From an archaeon (GTDB taxonomy: Archaea > Nanobdellota > Nanobdellia > Pacearchaeales > GW2011-AR1): a stretch of DNA of 64,000 nucleotides. A program made the translations under genes and the position numbers. The stretch spans positions 717 through 64,716 of the forward strand of contig JABIDS010000013.1 of the NCBI GenBank assembly GCA_018651605.1, in the 5' to 3' direction. The notes under the pieces are model-generated. The model saw nothing but the letters and a program-made list of their open reading frames with translations. It was not told the origin of the DNA and made no database searches. Shown in pieces: positions 10,266 to 18,684 of the stretch (positions are counted from its first letter, which is position 1; each line of letters starts with the position of its first letter).

Positions 10266-10541
10266 ATGAAAAAGCCTTCTTTTTTTAGAAAAAAAAGAAC
10301 CTTCGGGAAGAAAAAAACTAAGTTAGTTTTAAGTCTGTTTATTTTAAGTCTGATTAGTTTGGTATCTGCCGATGTTGGTGATGGAGATTTTGGTTGTTTT
10401 AGTGATATGGGTGGAATGATGGGTGGTTCATATGGTTGGAGTGTGATGGGTTTTGGATGGTTGATTAGTTTGTTGGTTGTTGTTGCGTTAGTGTTGTTGA
10501 TAATTTGGTTAATTAAACAGATAAATTCAGGAGGAAAATAA
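10266..10541 (+). CDS. small secreted/membrane protein (basic N-region, signal-like helix, Gly/Met-rich segment, C-terminal TM)
   Basis: [18 protein letters not shown] + [16 protein letters not shown]; [10 protein letters not shown]; [18 protein letters not shown]. The first 16 aa are encoded by a 48-nt block identical to 26943-26990. Confidence 0.55.
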   Translation: MKKPSFFRKKRTFGKKKTKLVLSLFILSLISLVSADVGDGDFGCFSDMGGMMGGSYGWSVMGFGWLISLLVVVALVLLIIWLIKQINSGGK

Positions 10542-10542
10542 A

Positions 10543-12729
10543 ATGAAAAAAGCTAAGATAAAAATAAGTGGAATGACTTGCGTCAATTGTTCTAACCATG
10601 TTGAGAAGAGTTTGTCTGGAGTTTCTGGAGTTAGTAATATTAATGTGAACTCTGTTATGGATAATGCTGTTGTTGATGTTAGTGATGAGGTTAGTGAAGT
10701 GCAGTTAAAGAAAGCGGTTAAGGATGCAGGTTATGAAGCTGTTTCAGTTGAGTTTGAAGAATCTTCGGGTTCTTCAAATTCTTTTTCTAAAAAGAAAAAA
10801 GTTGGGAAAGGGCGTATGACAGAATCTCAGATATGGTTTAGGAAGTTGGTTGGGACTTGGGTGTTTACTATTATTATAATGGTTATTATGTATGCTCCTA
10901 AATTGTTTGATGTTGAGATTATTTCTATGAATGCGATGACCCCTGTTATGTTGATTTTGAGTTTTCCTATTTTATTTTATTTTGGGTTTAATACTATTAA
11001 GGCAGGGTTTAAGGGATTTTTGAAGTTGAATTTTAGTATGGATTCTTTGATTGCTCTTGGAACTGTTGTTGCTTTTTCTACTGGGATTTTGAGTTTTTTT
11101 ATTGAGGTTGTTGATTATTCAGGTGTTAGTGGAATGATTATGACTATTTTTATTACTGGTAAATTTATTGAGTCTAAGGCTAAGGGGCGGGCGACTAGTG
11201 AGATTAAAAAGTTGTTGGAGTTGGGGGCGAAGAAGGCTAGGTTGTTGAGAGATGGCGAGGAAGTTGAAGTTGATATTAAGGATGTGAAGGTTGGAGATGT
11301 TTTTATTGTTAAACCTGGTGAGAAAATTCCAACAGATGGTGAGATTGTTGATGGTGATAGTAGTGTTGATGAAAGTATGGTGACTGGTGAGAGTTTGCCT
11401 GTGGATAAAAGGGCAGGTGGTTTGGTTATTGGGGCTACGATTAATCAAGATGGTGTTTTGCATGTTAAGGCTACGAAGATTGGGAAGGATACTTTTTTGT
11501 CTGGGATAATTAAGTTGGTTGAAGAGGCGCAGGGGACAAAAGTTCCTATTCAGAAAGTTGCAGATAAGGTTACGAATGTTTTTGTTCCGATTATTTTAGT
11601 TATTTCTTTATTGACTTTTGGTGCGTGGTGGTGGGGCTCTGGTGATTTGGGGCGTTCAATTGGAATTGGTATTTCTGTTTTAGTTATTGCGTGTCCTTGT
11701 GCATTAGGTTTGGCTGTCCCTATTTCATTAACTGTTGGTGCAGGAATGGGTGCTAAGAGAGGGATATTGATTCGTAAAGGTGAAGCTATTCAAACTATGA
11801 AGGAAATTAAGACTATTGTGTTTGATAAGACTGGGACGATTACAAAAGGTAAACCTGAGGTTGTTGGAGTTTATGCTGTTGGTTCTTCTGAGGCAGGGTT
11901 GTTGAAGATTGCTGGAAGTTTAGAGAGATTAAGTGAGCATCCTATTGCTCGTGCAATTGTTAAGAAAGCTGGTTTGGTGAAACCGTTGAAAGTTAAGGGA
12001 TTTAAGGCTGTTAGAGGTAGGGGAATTGAGGGCATGATTGATAGGAAAAGGTATGTTATTGGTAATGATGTTTTGATGAAAGAGAAAAAAATTTTAATTA
12101 TTAAATTGAAAAAAATAATTGGGCGGTTTGAAAGTAAGGGATGGACTACGATGATTGTTGCAGAAGGTAAAAAGGCAATTGGTGTTATTGGTGTTGCTGA
12201 TGCTGTTAAAAAGGACTCTGTTTTGGCGATTAGTCGGTTGAATAATTTAGGATATAAGACTGTCATGATTACTGGAGATAATGAGAAAACTGCGGAGGCG
12301 ATTGCTAAACAAGTTGGGATTAAGAAAGTCATTGCTCGTGTTTTGCCTGAGGATAAATCTCGGCGAGTTCGAGAGTTGCAGAGAGAAGGAATGGTTGCTT
12401 TTGTTGGTGATGGAATTAATGATGCACCCGCATTAAAAGAGTCGAATGTTGGTATTGCGATTGGAACTGGGACAGATATTGCGATTGAGGCAGGAGATAT
12501 TGTTTTAGCTAAGGGAAGTTTGATTGGGGTTGTTCAGGCTATTAATTTATCTAAGGCTACTTTTAGTAAGATAAAACAGAATTTATTTTGGGCATTTTTT
12601 TATAATATTGTTGCAATTCCTTTGGCGATTGGTGGTGTTTTGAATCCTGTTGTTGCTGAGATTGCAATGGCTTTATCTTCTATAACCGTTGTGACGAATG
12701 CGAATTTGTTGAGACGGGTGAGGGTTTGA
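10543..12729 (+). CDS. copA: copper-translocating P1B-type ATPase
   Basis: N-terminal [23 protein letters not shown] motif ([12 protein letters not shown]), DKTGTIT phosphorylation site, GDGINDAP hinge. GGAGG sits 8 nt upstream of the ATG. Confidence 0.93.
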   Translation: MKKAKIKISGMTCVNCSNHVEKSLSGVSGVSNINVNSVMDNAVVDVSDEVSEVQLKKAVKDAGYEAVSVEFEESSGSSNSFSKKKKVGKGRMTESQIWFRKLVGTWVFTIIIMVIMYAPKLFDVEIISMNAMTPVMLILSFPILFYFGFNTIKAGFKGFLKLNFSMDSLIALGTVVAFSTGILSFFIEVVDYSGVSGMIMTIFITGKFIESKAKGRATSEIKKLLELGAKKARLLRDGEEVEVDIKDVKVGDVFIVKPGEKIPTDGEIVDGDSSVDESMVTGESLPVDKRAGGLVIGATINQDGVLHVKATKIGKDTFLSGIIKLVEEAQGTKVPIQKVADKVTNVFVPIILVISLLTFGAWWWGSGDLGRSIGIGISVLVIACPCALGLAVPISLTVGAGMGAKRGILIRKGEAIQTMKEIKTIVFDKTGTITKGKPEVVGVYAVGSSEAGLLKIAGSLERLSEHPIARAIVKKAGLVKPLKVKGFKAVRGRGIEGMIDRKRYVIGNDVLMKEKKILIIKLKKIIGRFESKGWTTMIVAEGKKAIGVIGVADAVKKDSVLAISRLNNLGYKTVMITGDNEKTAEAIAKQVGIKKVIARVLPEDKSRRVRELQREGMVAFVGDGINDAPALKESNVGIAIGTGTDIAIEAGDIVLAKGSLIGVVQAINLSKATFSKIKQNLFWAFFYNIVAIPLAIGGVLNPVVAEIAMALSSITVVTNANLLRRVRV

Positions 12730-13382
12730 TGGGTGATGGAAATATCCTTAAAATAATGAAAACTCTTGTAGAACATTTTGATTATAAAGAGAGGACTACA
12801 TTGAATCGGATGAGGAAGAAGCCTGATGCTTTTAAGATTTTGATTTCTTGTTTGCTTTCTTTGAGGGCAAGGGATGAGAGTACTGAGAAGGTTTCTGCGA
12901 AACTTTTTGCTGTTGCTGATAGTCCTGAAAAGATTGCGAATTTATCTTTGGAAGAATTGGAAGGACTGATTTTTTCTTCTGGACATTATAGAAAAAAAGC
13001 TAGAGTGTTGAAAGGGGTTTCTAAAGTTTTGATTGAGGAATATGGTGGTGAAGTGCCTCGTAAGAAAGAGGAATTGTTGTCTATAAAAGGTATTGGACCT
13101 AAGACTGCGAATATTGTTTTGGCTTTTGCTTTTGGTGAGTTGGTGTTGCCGATTGATATTCATTGTCATAGGATTCCTAATAGGTTGGGATGGGTTGAGA
13201 CTTCAAGTCCTGAGAAAACTGAGAAAGAGTTGGAGAAGATTTTGCCTAAGAAATATTGGAGAGAGTTTAATGGGATTTTTGTTTTGTTTGGTAAGACTAT
13301 TTGTCAGCCTGTGAGTCCTTGGTGTTCAAAGTGTCCTGTTGAAAGGTATTGTTGGAGGGTTGGGGTGGGGCGGAGTCGGTGA
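12729..13382 (+). CDS. nth: endonuclease III (HhH-GPD DNA glycosylase with a 4Fe-4S cluster loop)
   Basis: LISCLLSLRARDE, HhH IKGIGPKTANIVL, PIDIHCHRIPNRLGW, C-terminal CQPVSPWCSKCPVERYC. The ATG overlaps the copA stop (TGATG). The track start at 12726 is TTG. Confidence 0.88.
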   Translation: MGDGNILKIMKTLVEHFDYKERTTLNRMRKKPDAFKILISCLLSLRARDESTEKVSAKLFAVADSPEKIANLSLEELEGLIFSSGHYRKKARVLKGVSKVLIEEYGGEVPRKKEELLSIKGIGPKTANIVLAFAFGELVLPIDIHCHRIPNRLGWVETSSPEKTEKELEKILPKKYWREFNGIFVLFGKTICQPVSPWCSKCPVERYCWRVGVGRSR

Positions 13383-13742
13383 TTAAAACTCACAATGTTC
13401 ACAATCTGTTTCTGTGCAATGTTTGCTTTTTATATTATTTTTTAATGCCCATGATTTTATGCTTTTTATAATTGGAATAATTTCAAGTCCACTTTTTGTT
13501 AAGGTATATTCTGTTTTTATTGGAAACTTTGAGGCGTCTGTTGTTTTGATTATTATTTGATTTTGTTCTAATTCTTTTAATCTTTGTGAGAGAATTTTTG
13601 GAGTTATTTCTGGGAATTTCTTTTTTATTTCTGAATATCTTTTGTGTTTGTTTTCCCCCTTGTGTAATTCTAAGATAATTAAAAATGTCCATTTTTTTCC
13701 TAGGAAATCTAGTGTTTTGTAGATTGTGCAATTTGTGTTCAT
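13383..13742 (-). CDS. HxlR-family winged-helix transcriptional regulator
   Basis: CTIYKTLDFLGKKWTFLIILEL...RYSEIKKKFPEITPKILSQRLKELEQNQII...EYTLTKSG is the canonical HxlR pattern. A TATA-like box (revcomp of ctttaatatataaag) lies about 30 nt upstream. Confidence 0.85.
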   Translation of the reverse strand: MNTNCTIYKTLDFLGKKWTFLIILELHKGENKHKRYSEIKKKFPEITPKILSQRLKELEQNQIIIKTTDASKFPIKTEYTLTKSGLEIIPIIKSIKSWALKNNIKSKHCTETDCEHCEF

Positions 13743-13801
13743 ATCCTTTTGGAAACTCTTTAATATATAAAGGTATATTCTTTGAAGTAGGTATTATCGA
13801 T

Positions 13802-13930
13802 AGCTCTGTTGAGTTGTTAGTTTCGTGATTTCAAAATCCCACTAACTTCGACTATCGTCGAAACCCTCCCTTACCACCCCACCGCACCCCCCAATTTATT
13901 TTGTGAAATCACTAAACTTTAAACAGAGCT
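13802..13930. repeat. intergenic long imperfect palindrome with an internal hairpin and a C-tract core
   Basis: Left arm agctctgttgagttgttagtttcgtgatttcaaaat, right arm attttgtgaaatcactaaactttaaacagagct. Internal perfect hairpin ttcgac-tatc-gtcgaa. Core ccctcccttaccaccccaccgcacccccc. Confidence 0.7.
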
Positions 13931-13947
13931 TAGATTATTGATATAAA

Positions 13948-14856
13948 ATGGCAAAAAGAAAAATAATAAAAATTGATGAAGAGAAATGTAATGGATGTGG
14001 GTTGTGTATTCCTAATTGTCCTGAAGGTGCTTTGAAGGTTATTGATGGGAAGGTTCGGTTGATTAGTGATTTGTTTTGCGATGGACTTGGTGCGTGTATT
14101 GGACATTGTCCTGAAGGTGCGATTGAAATTGAGGAGCGTGAGGCAGAGAAATATGATGAAAGAAAAGTTATGGAGAATATTGTTAAACAAGGAGAGAATG
14201 TTGTGAGGGAGCATTTGGAGCATTTGGAGGAACATGGTGCTGATGAGTTTTTGAAAGAGGCTGTTGATTATTTGAATGAGATTGGGATACAAAAATTTTC
14301 TCCCAACAAGGGAAAAAATTTTAGTCTTTTCAAATCTTCCGCAGTAAACTGCGGAGATCAAGATTTGAAAATGAATATTGAACGTAAGGTTGTTGAGAAG
14401 GCTAGTGATTTGCCTTGTGGTTGTCCTGGGACTGCGATGAGAGAAGTGAATGTTTCTGAGGATGTTTCTGAGGATTCTGTTGAATTGAAATCTGCTTTAA
14501 GGCAATGGCCTGTTCAATTGAATTTGTTGCCACCTCATGCTAGTTTTTTTAATGATTCTCATTTGTTGGTTGCTGCAGATTGTGTTCCGTTTGCAGATGC
14601 GAATTTTCATTCTGGTTTGTTGAAAGGAAAAAGTCTTGTTATTGGTTGTCCTAAATTAGATGATGTTAATGGATATGAAGAGAAATTAACTGAGATTTTT
14701 AAGGGAAATAATGTTAAGAGTGTAACTGTGGCGATTATGGAAGTTCCTTGTTGTTATGGGATGTATGCAGCTGTTGAAAATGCTATTGGTGCATCAGGTA
14801 AGGATATTGAATTGAAGAAGGTGGTTGTGGGTGTTGATGGTAGCCTTTCTTTTTAG
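13948..14856 (+). CDS. 4Fe-4S dicluster domain protein with a Cys-rich C-terminal domain
   Basis: Two CxxCxxCxxxCP motifs (CNGCGLCIPNCP, CDGLGACIGHCP). The C-terminal part carries CGCPG, AADCVPF, GCPKLDD and VPCCYG. Confidence 0.7.
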   Translation: MAKRKIIKIDEEKCNGCGLCIPNCPEGALKVIDGKVRLISDLFCDGLGACIGHCPEGAIEIEEREAEKYDERKVMENIVKQGENVVREHLEHLEEHGADEFLKEAVDYLNEIGIQKFSPNKGKNFSLFKSSAVNCGDQDLKMNIERKVVEKASDLPCGCPGTAMREVNVSEDVSEDSVELKSALRQWPVQLNLLPPHASFFNDSHLLVAADCVPFADANFHSGLLKGKSLVIGCPKLDDVNGYEEKLTEIFKGNNVKSVTVAIMEVPCCYGMYAAVENAIGASGKDIELKKVVVGVDGSLSF

Positions 14857-14860
14857 CTGA

Positions 14861-14907
14861 GAAGATTAAAAAATCTTCAGTGCCTCACAAAGTGAAACTT
14901 TCTGAGG
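14861..14907. terminator. two hairpins between convergent genes
   Basis: gaagat-taaaaa-atcttc (14861-14878) and cctcacaaagt-gaa-actttctgagg (14883-14907), located between the stop at 14856 (+) and the stop at 14956 (-). Confidence 0.4.
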
Positions 14908-14955
14908 AAAAAAGAAACTTTAGGGAAAGAAAAACTAAGAATGCTGATAATTAAT

Positions 14956-15786
14956 TTAAACCTGATTTTCTAAAACTTTTTCAGCATCTTTTTTTGCTTT
15001 TGTTTTCATGAAATAATTTCCAATGAATCTGAAATGTCTGAAGAAGTAATATGCGATTATTGAAAGTGTGTTTGGCAATATTATTAGTTTTTTTGAATCT
15101 AATTTTTTTACAATGTGTTTTGCTACAGGCATTGATTGAGATGAGCCTGCTGTCCATTTTTGGACGCAGGTTTTTTGTTCTTCTCCTGTTAGTGATTTGC
15201 ATTTGAATGCAATTGCCCAGAAAGGTGTTTTCATTCTTGCTGGAAATACTGTTGATGTTGAAACTCCTGTTCCTTTTAATTCATAACTTAATGAACGAGT
15301 GAATCCATGAACTGCGTATTTTGCAGAGTTATAGGTGGCGAAATAAGGTGGTGGTTGAATTGCTGCGATAGATGAAATGTTTATTATTTTTCCTGATTTT
15401 TGTTTTTTCATTGAGGGTAAAGTTAATGCACAAAGATGTTGTAATGCTATGACATCTAAATCAATCATTCCTTTTAGGTCTTTGAAATCAATTTTGTCTA
15501 ATGCTCCTAATTTTCCATAACCTGCGTTGTTTATTAGATAATCTATTTTTCCTTCTTTTTTTAAAATTTCTGATATGAGATTTATTCTGAAGGTTTCGTT
15601 GGTTAAATCTCCTGGGATTATTTTTATTTCTCCTTTATCTTTGGTGCATTCTTTTTTTAGTTTTTCTAATTCTTCTTTTCTTCTTGCTGTTATGTATACT
15701 ATTAATCCTTTTTTTGATAGAAGTGTTGCTATGTCTTTTCCTAAACCTGATGATGCACCTGTTACTAAACTCACCTTTTTTTCCAT
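14956..15786 (-). CDS. short-chain dehydrogenase/reductase (SDR)
   Basis: TGASSGLG cofactor motif, NNAG, catalytic YNSAKYAV (YxxxK). Confidence 0.88.
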   Translation of the reverse strand: MEKKVSLVTGASSGLGKDIATLLSKKGLIVYITARRKEELEKLKKECTKDKGEIKIIPGDLTNETFRINLISEILKKEGKIDYLINNAGYGKLGALDKIDFKDLKGMIDLDVIALQHLCALTLPSMKKQKSGKIINISSIAAIQPPPYFATYNSAKYAVHGFTRSLSYELKGTGVSTSTVFPARMKTPFWAIAFKCKSLTGEEQKTCVQKWTAGSSQSMPVAKHIVKKLDSKKLIILPNTLSIIAYYFFRHFRFIGNYFMKTKAKKDAEKVLENQV

Positions 15787-15893
15787 AGTTTATTGAAGGT
15801 GAAGGAGTTTTTAAGGTTTGGGTGGAAGGGATTATTTTTTAGTAACTTTTATAAATATTGGTTTGTTGTAAATGTTGAAAGGAGGTGTATAAT

Positions 15894-16571
15894 ATGAAGA
15901 AATTAGTGATGTTGTTAATGGTAGGTTTTTTAATAATTGGATTAGGAGGTTTTGTTTTGGCTGCGTCTGATGGAGGGGGTACAGGAGGAAATTCTGATGA
16001 AGTTGTTGCTGCAGGTGGACAGGGGGGAGAAAATAGTGGTGATGAATTGCAAGATAATATAGGTACTGGAACTTCTAATCAAGGAGAAAATAGTGAATTA
16101 CAAAATCAGATTAGAACTGGAAATTATGTTAATGCAAATGGGCAACAAATGCAGATTCAAGAAAAATCTAATAATAGGATTGAATTAAAGACGGGTAATT
16201 CTAGGGCTGAAACAGGTTTGAAGATTAGTTCTGAAGAGGTTGAAGGTAAAACTAAATTGAAAGCTACTCTTTCAAATGGTAAAAATGCAGAGGTTAAAGT
16301 TATGCCGGATAGTGCTAGTGAAAAAGCATTGACGAGACTTAGATTAAAAACTTGTTCTGAAGAGGATGGATGCCGAATTGAATTAAAAGAAGTTGGCTCT
16401 GGAGAAAATGCAAAGTTAGCTTATGAAGTTAAAACGCAAAGGACTTCAAGATTCTTGGGTTTATTTAAAATGAAAATGGATGTTGAGGCACAAGTTGATG
16501 CTGAAACTGGAAAGGTGATTCGGACAAAAAAACCTTGGTGGGCATTTTTAGCTAGTGAGCCTGCTGAATAA
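15894..16571 (+). CDS. secreted hypothetical protein
   Basis: MKKLVMLLMVGFLIIGLGGFVLA signal-like N-terminus. GGAGGTG sits 7 nt upstream of this ATG. The track start at 15885 is GTG inside the SD. Confidence 0.55.
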   Translation: MKKLVMLLMVGFLIIGLGGFVLAASDGGGTGGNSDEVVAAGGQGGENSGDELQDNIGTGTSNQGENSELQNQIRTGNYVNANGQQMQIQEKSNNRIELKTGNSRAETGLKISSEEVEGKTKLKATLSNGKNAEVKVMPDSASEKALTRLRLKTCSEEDGCRIELKEVGSGENAKLAYEVKTQRTSRFLGLFKMKMDVEAQVDAETGKVIRTKKPWWAFLASEPAE

Positions 16572-16635
16572 TTTTTTTATTTTTTTATTTTTTTTAATTG
16601 GAAATCTTTATAAAAGCTGGTTGTCTTAGGATTTT

Positions 16636-16983
16636 ATGAAAAAGAAAGTGTTAATTATAGATGATGATAAAGAAGATTTAGGAACTATGAAATCTATTCT
16701 TGAAAAAGAAGGTTGTGAGGTTTCTAGTGCTAGTGATGGTGCAAAGGCTTTGGAAATTTTGAAAGAAGATGGTTTTAGTTTGGTTTTAATTGATATTAAG
16801 ATGCCGACTTTGTCTGGTTATGATTTGTTAAGGTTGTTGAGAGAGAGGTTGAATCATAAAGTTAAGATGATTTATGTTTCAATTGTTCCTGAGCAAGAAG
16901 TTGATATGGATGATGTTGATGGATTTGTGCAGAAACCTTTTTCACCTGAGACTTTGTTAAATAAAGTTAAAGAAGTTTTATGA
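16636..16983 (+). CDS. CheY-like response regulator receiver (stand-alone)
   Basis: VLIIDDD...LVLIDIKMPTLSGYDLL...K...PF pattern with the phospho-acceptor Asp. TATA-like ctttataaaa lies about 25 nt upstream. Confidence 0.88.
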   Translation: MKKKVLIIDDDKEDLGTMKSILEKEGCEVSSASDGAKALEILKEDGFSLVLIDIKMPTLSGYDLLRLLRERLNHKVKMIYVSIVPEQEVDMDDVDGFVQKPFSPETLLNKVKEVL

Positions 16984-17011
16984 TTTTAATAAATAAAAAG
17001 GAGGACAAAAT

Positions 17012-17365
17012 ATGGCAAAAACTATAATGGTTGTGGATGATGAGGCAGATATTAGGACTACTGTTCAAGCTGTTTTGGAGAAGGAAGGTTACAAGGTTGT
17101 GACTGCGATTAGTGGTGATGATGCTTTGAAAAAATGGACTGCTGAAAAACCTGCATTGATTCTTATGGATATTATGATGCCTGGAACTCCTGTTAAGGAT
17201 ATTATTCCAAAGATGAAGGGTACAAAGGTTGCATATCTTTCAGTTGTTAGAACTTCTGAAGCTGAGAAAGAAGATTTAATGAAGAGTAAAAATATTGTGG
17301 ATTTTATACAGAAACCTTTTGATATTAAAGAATTAGTTAAAAAAGTTAAAAAGTTGGTAGGATAA
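17012..17365 (+). CDS. CheY-like response regulator receiver (stand-alone)
   Basis: IMVVDDEADIR...LILMDIMMPG...IQKPF; GGAGG SD. Confidence 0.88.
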   Translation: MAKTIMVVDDEADIRTTVQAVLEKEGYKVVTAISGDDALKKWTAEKPALILMDIMMPGTPVKDIIPKMKGTKVAYLSVVRTSEAEKEDLMKSKNIVDFIQKPFDIKELVKKVKKLVG

Positions 17366-17366
17366 A

Positions 17367-17981
17367 ATGGTAGATATAAAATCTGACCTTGATGCAAATC
17401 AGACTTTGCTTTTAATTATGTCTAGTGTGGAATATAATGATGTTCTTGTTGATGTAGTTAAGCAATTATCTGGGAATATTTGTTATGTTACAACGAATAA
17501 GACTTTTGATTCCTTGAAGGAAGTTTTTGAGAAGTCTAAGGTAGATGTTAAGAATGTTGTTTTTATAGATGCTATTTCTAAAACTATGAAGAAAGTTCCT
17601 GATCAGGGAGAGAGTGTTTATTATGTTAGTTCTCCGGGGGCTTTGACAGAATTGTCTTTGGTTATTGGGAAATTTTTAAGGCATGAGTTTGATTATTTGA
17701 TTTTTGATTCTATTACTAATTTATTGGTTTATCAGAAACCTCAGATGGCTGCTAAGTTTATGAGTAGTCTTATTAATAAGATTAAGAAAACTAAAACAAA
17801 GACTGTTTTTTATGGAATTGAAGGAGGAGATAATTCTAGTATTATTGAACATACTGGGACTGCTGTTGATAAAGTTATTAAGAGTGATGGGAAAGTTGGT
17901 GTTGAGAAAAAAGTGGTTAAGGGTGTTGGGAAAAAAGAAGTCAAGAAAAAGATAATTAAAAAAGTGGAGAAGGAGGTGTAA
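17367..17981 (+). CDS. KaiC/RecA-fold-like protein lacking a Walker A motif, with a Lys-rich tail
   Basis: Shares ICY(V/I)T.NK, FID.IS and (L/I)DS(I/L).N(L/V)L.Y blocks with ORF 25985-26500. A Walker-B-like block (YLIFDSITNLL) is present, but no GxxGxGK(T/S). Confidence 0.45.
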   Translation: MVDIKSDLDANQTLLLIMSSVEYNDVLVDVVKQLSGNICYVTTNKTFDSLKEVFEKSKVDVKNVVFIDAISKTMKKVPDQGESVYYVSSPGALTELSLVIGKFLRHEFDYLIFDSITNLLVYQKPQMAAKFMSSLINKIKKTKTKTVFYGIEGGDNSSIIEHTGTAVDKVIKSDGKVGVEKKVVKGVGKKEVKKKIIKKVEKEV

Positions 17982-17982
17982 A

Positions 17983-18339
17983 ATGGCAGTAGGTTCAATG
18001 AGTTTTTCAGGGTCTGTTCTGTTGATGGTTGCTATTGTTTTAGGTTTAATTGCTTCAGTAGTCACTTATATGAATAGTCGGAAACTTAAGGGAGAGGTAT
18101 TTGAAAAACCTATGATTTACTTTGCTCTTGGAATCTTTTTGGCTACATTATCTTTAATTGCAGTAACTTTTTTTCAAGGAGTTTTTTCAGAAATGACTGT
18201 GGAATTAATTCATGATATTAGTTTTATTTTGGGGTTAGGTTTAATGCTTTTAGCTTCTGTGAAGTTGACAAGATTTTTGCAAGGATTGAGTGGTTTTGAA
18301 AAGAAGTTACCGAAGAATTTACCTTCTAAGGTTAAATAG
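17983..18339 (+). CDS. membrane protein (3 predicted TM helices)
   Basis: Hydrophobic segments VLLMVAIVLGLIASVV, IYFALGIFLATLSLIAVTFF, ISFILGLGLMLLA. Tightly packed after the upstream ORF. Confidence 0.5.
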   Translation: MAVGSMSFSGSVLLMVAIVLGLIASVVTYMNSRKLKGEVFEKPMIYFALGIFLATLSLIAVTFFQGVFSEMTVELIHDISFILGLGLMLLASVKLTRFLQGLSGFEKKLPKNLPSKVK

Positions 18340-18423
18340 TTTTTTATTTTTTATATGGTTTTGGGGTGGTGGTTTTTTTATTTTTTTAGAAAGTTTTATT
18401 AAGTTGAGTTTGTTGCGAATCTT

Positions 18424-18624
18424 ATGAAATATGAATTATTATTTGGATTAAGTATGCTTTTGTTTGGAGTGGGGGGTTTTTTCTTAACTGGTTCTGTTTT
18501 AACAATGACCGGGTTTTCAATTTCAGATGTTGAAGGTGGTTCTTCCTCTTCGTTTGTTGTTGGAGTGGGAGTTGTTGTTGTAGGTATGTTGATGGTTGTT
18601 TTTGCAAGGAAATTAAAAAAATAA
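18424..18624 (+). CDS. small membrane protein
   Basis: 66 aa with two hydrophobic helices. The opposite-strand ORF of similar size is low-complexity. Confidence 0.4.
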   Translation: MKYELLFGLSMLLFGVGGFFLTGSVLTMTGFSISDVEGGSSSSFVVGVGVVVVGMLMVVFARKLKK

Positions 18625-18684
18625 TTTTTACGAACATATAAAAAGGTTTTTCTCTAATTTAAGTATATAAAAAAGGTGAAGTTT

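Noticed and set aside
10084-10269. 61-aa + strand ORF overlapping the Gly/Cys-rich tail of the HMA-permease gene.
   Set aside because: It is an alternative frame of a G-rich low-complexity region (V/G/R-rich translation) with no independent start signals.
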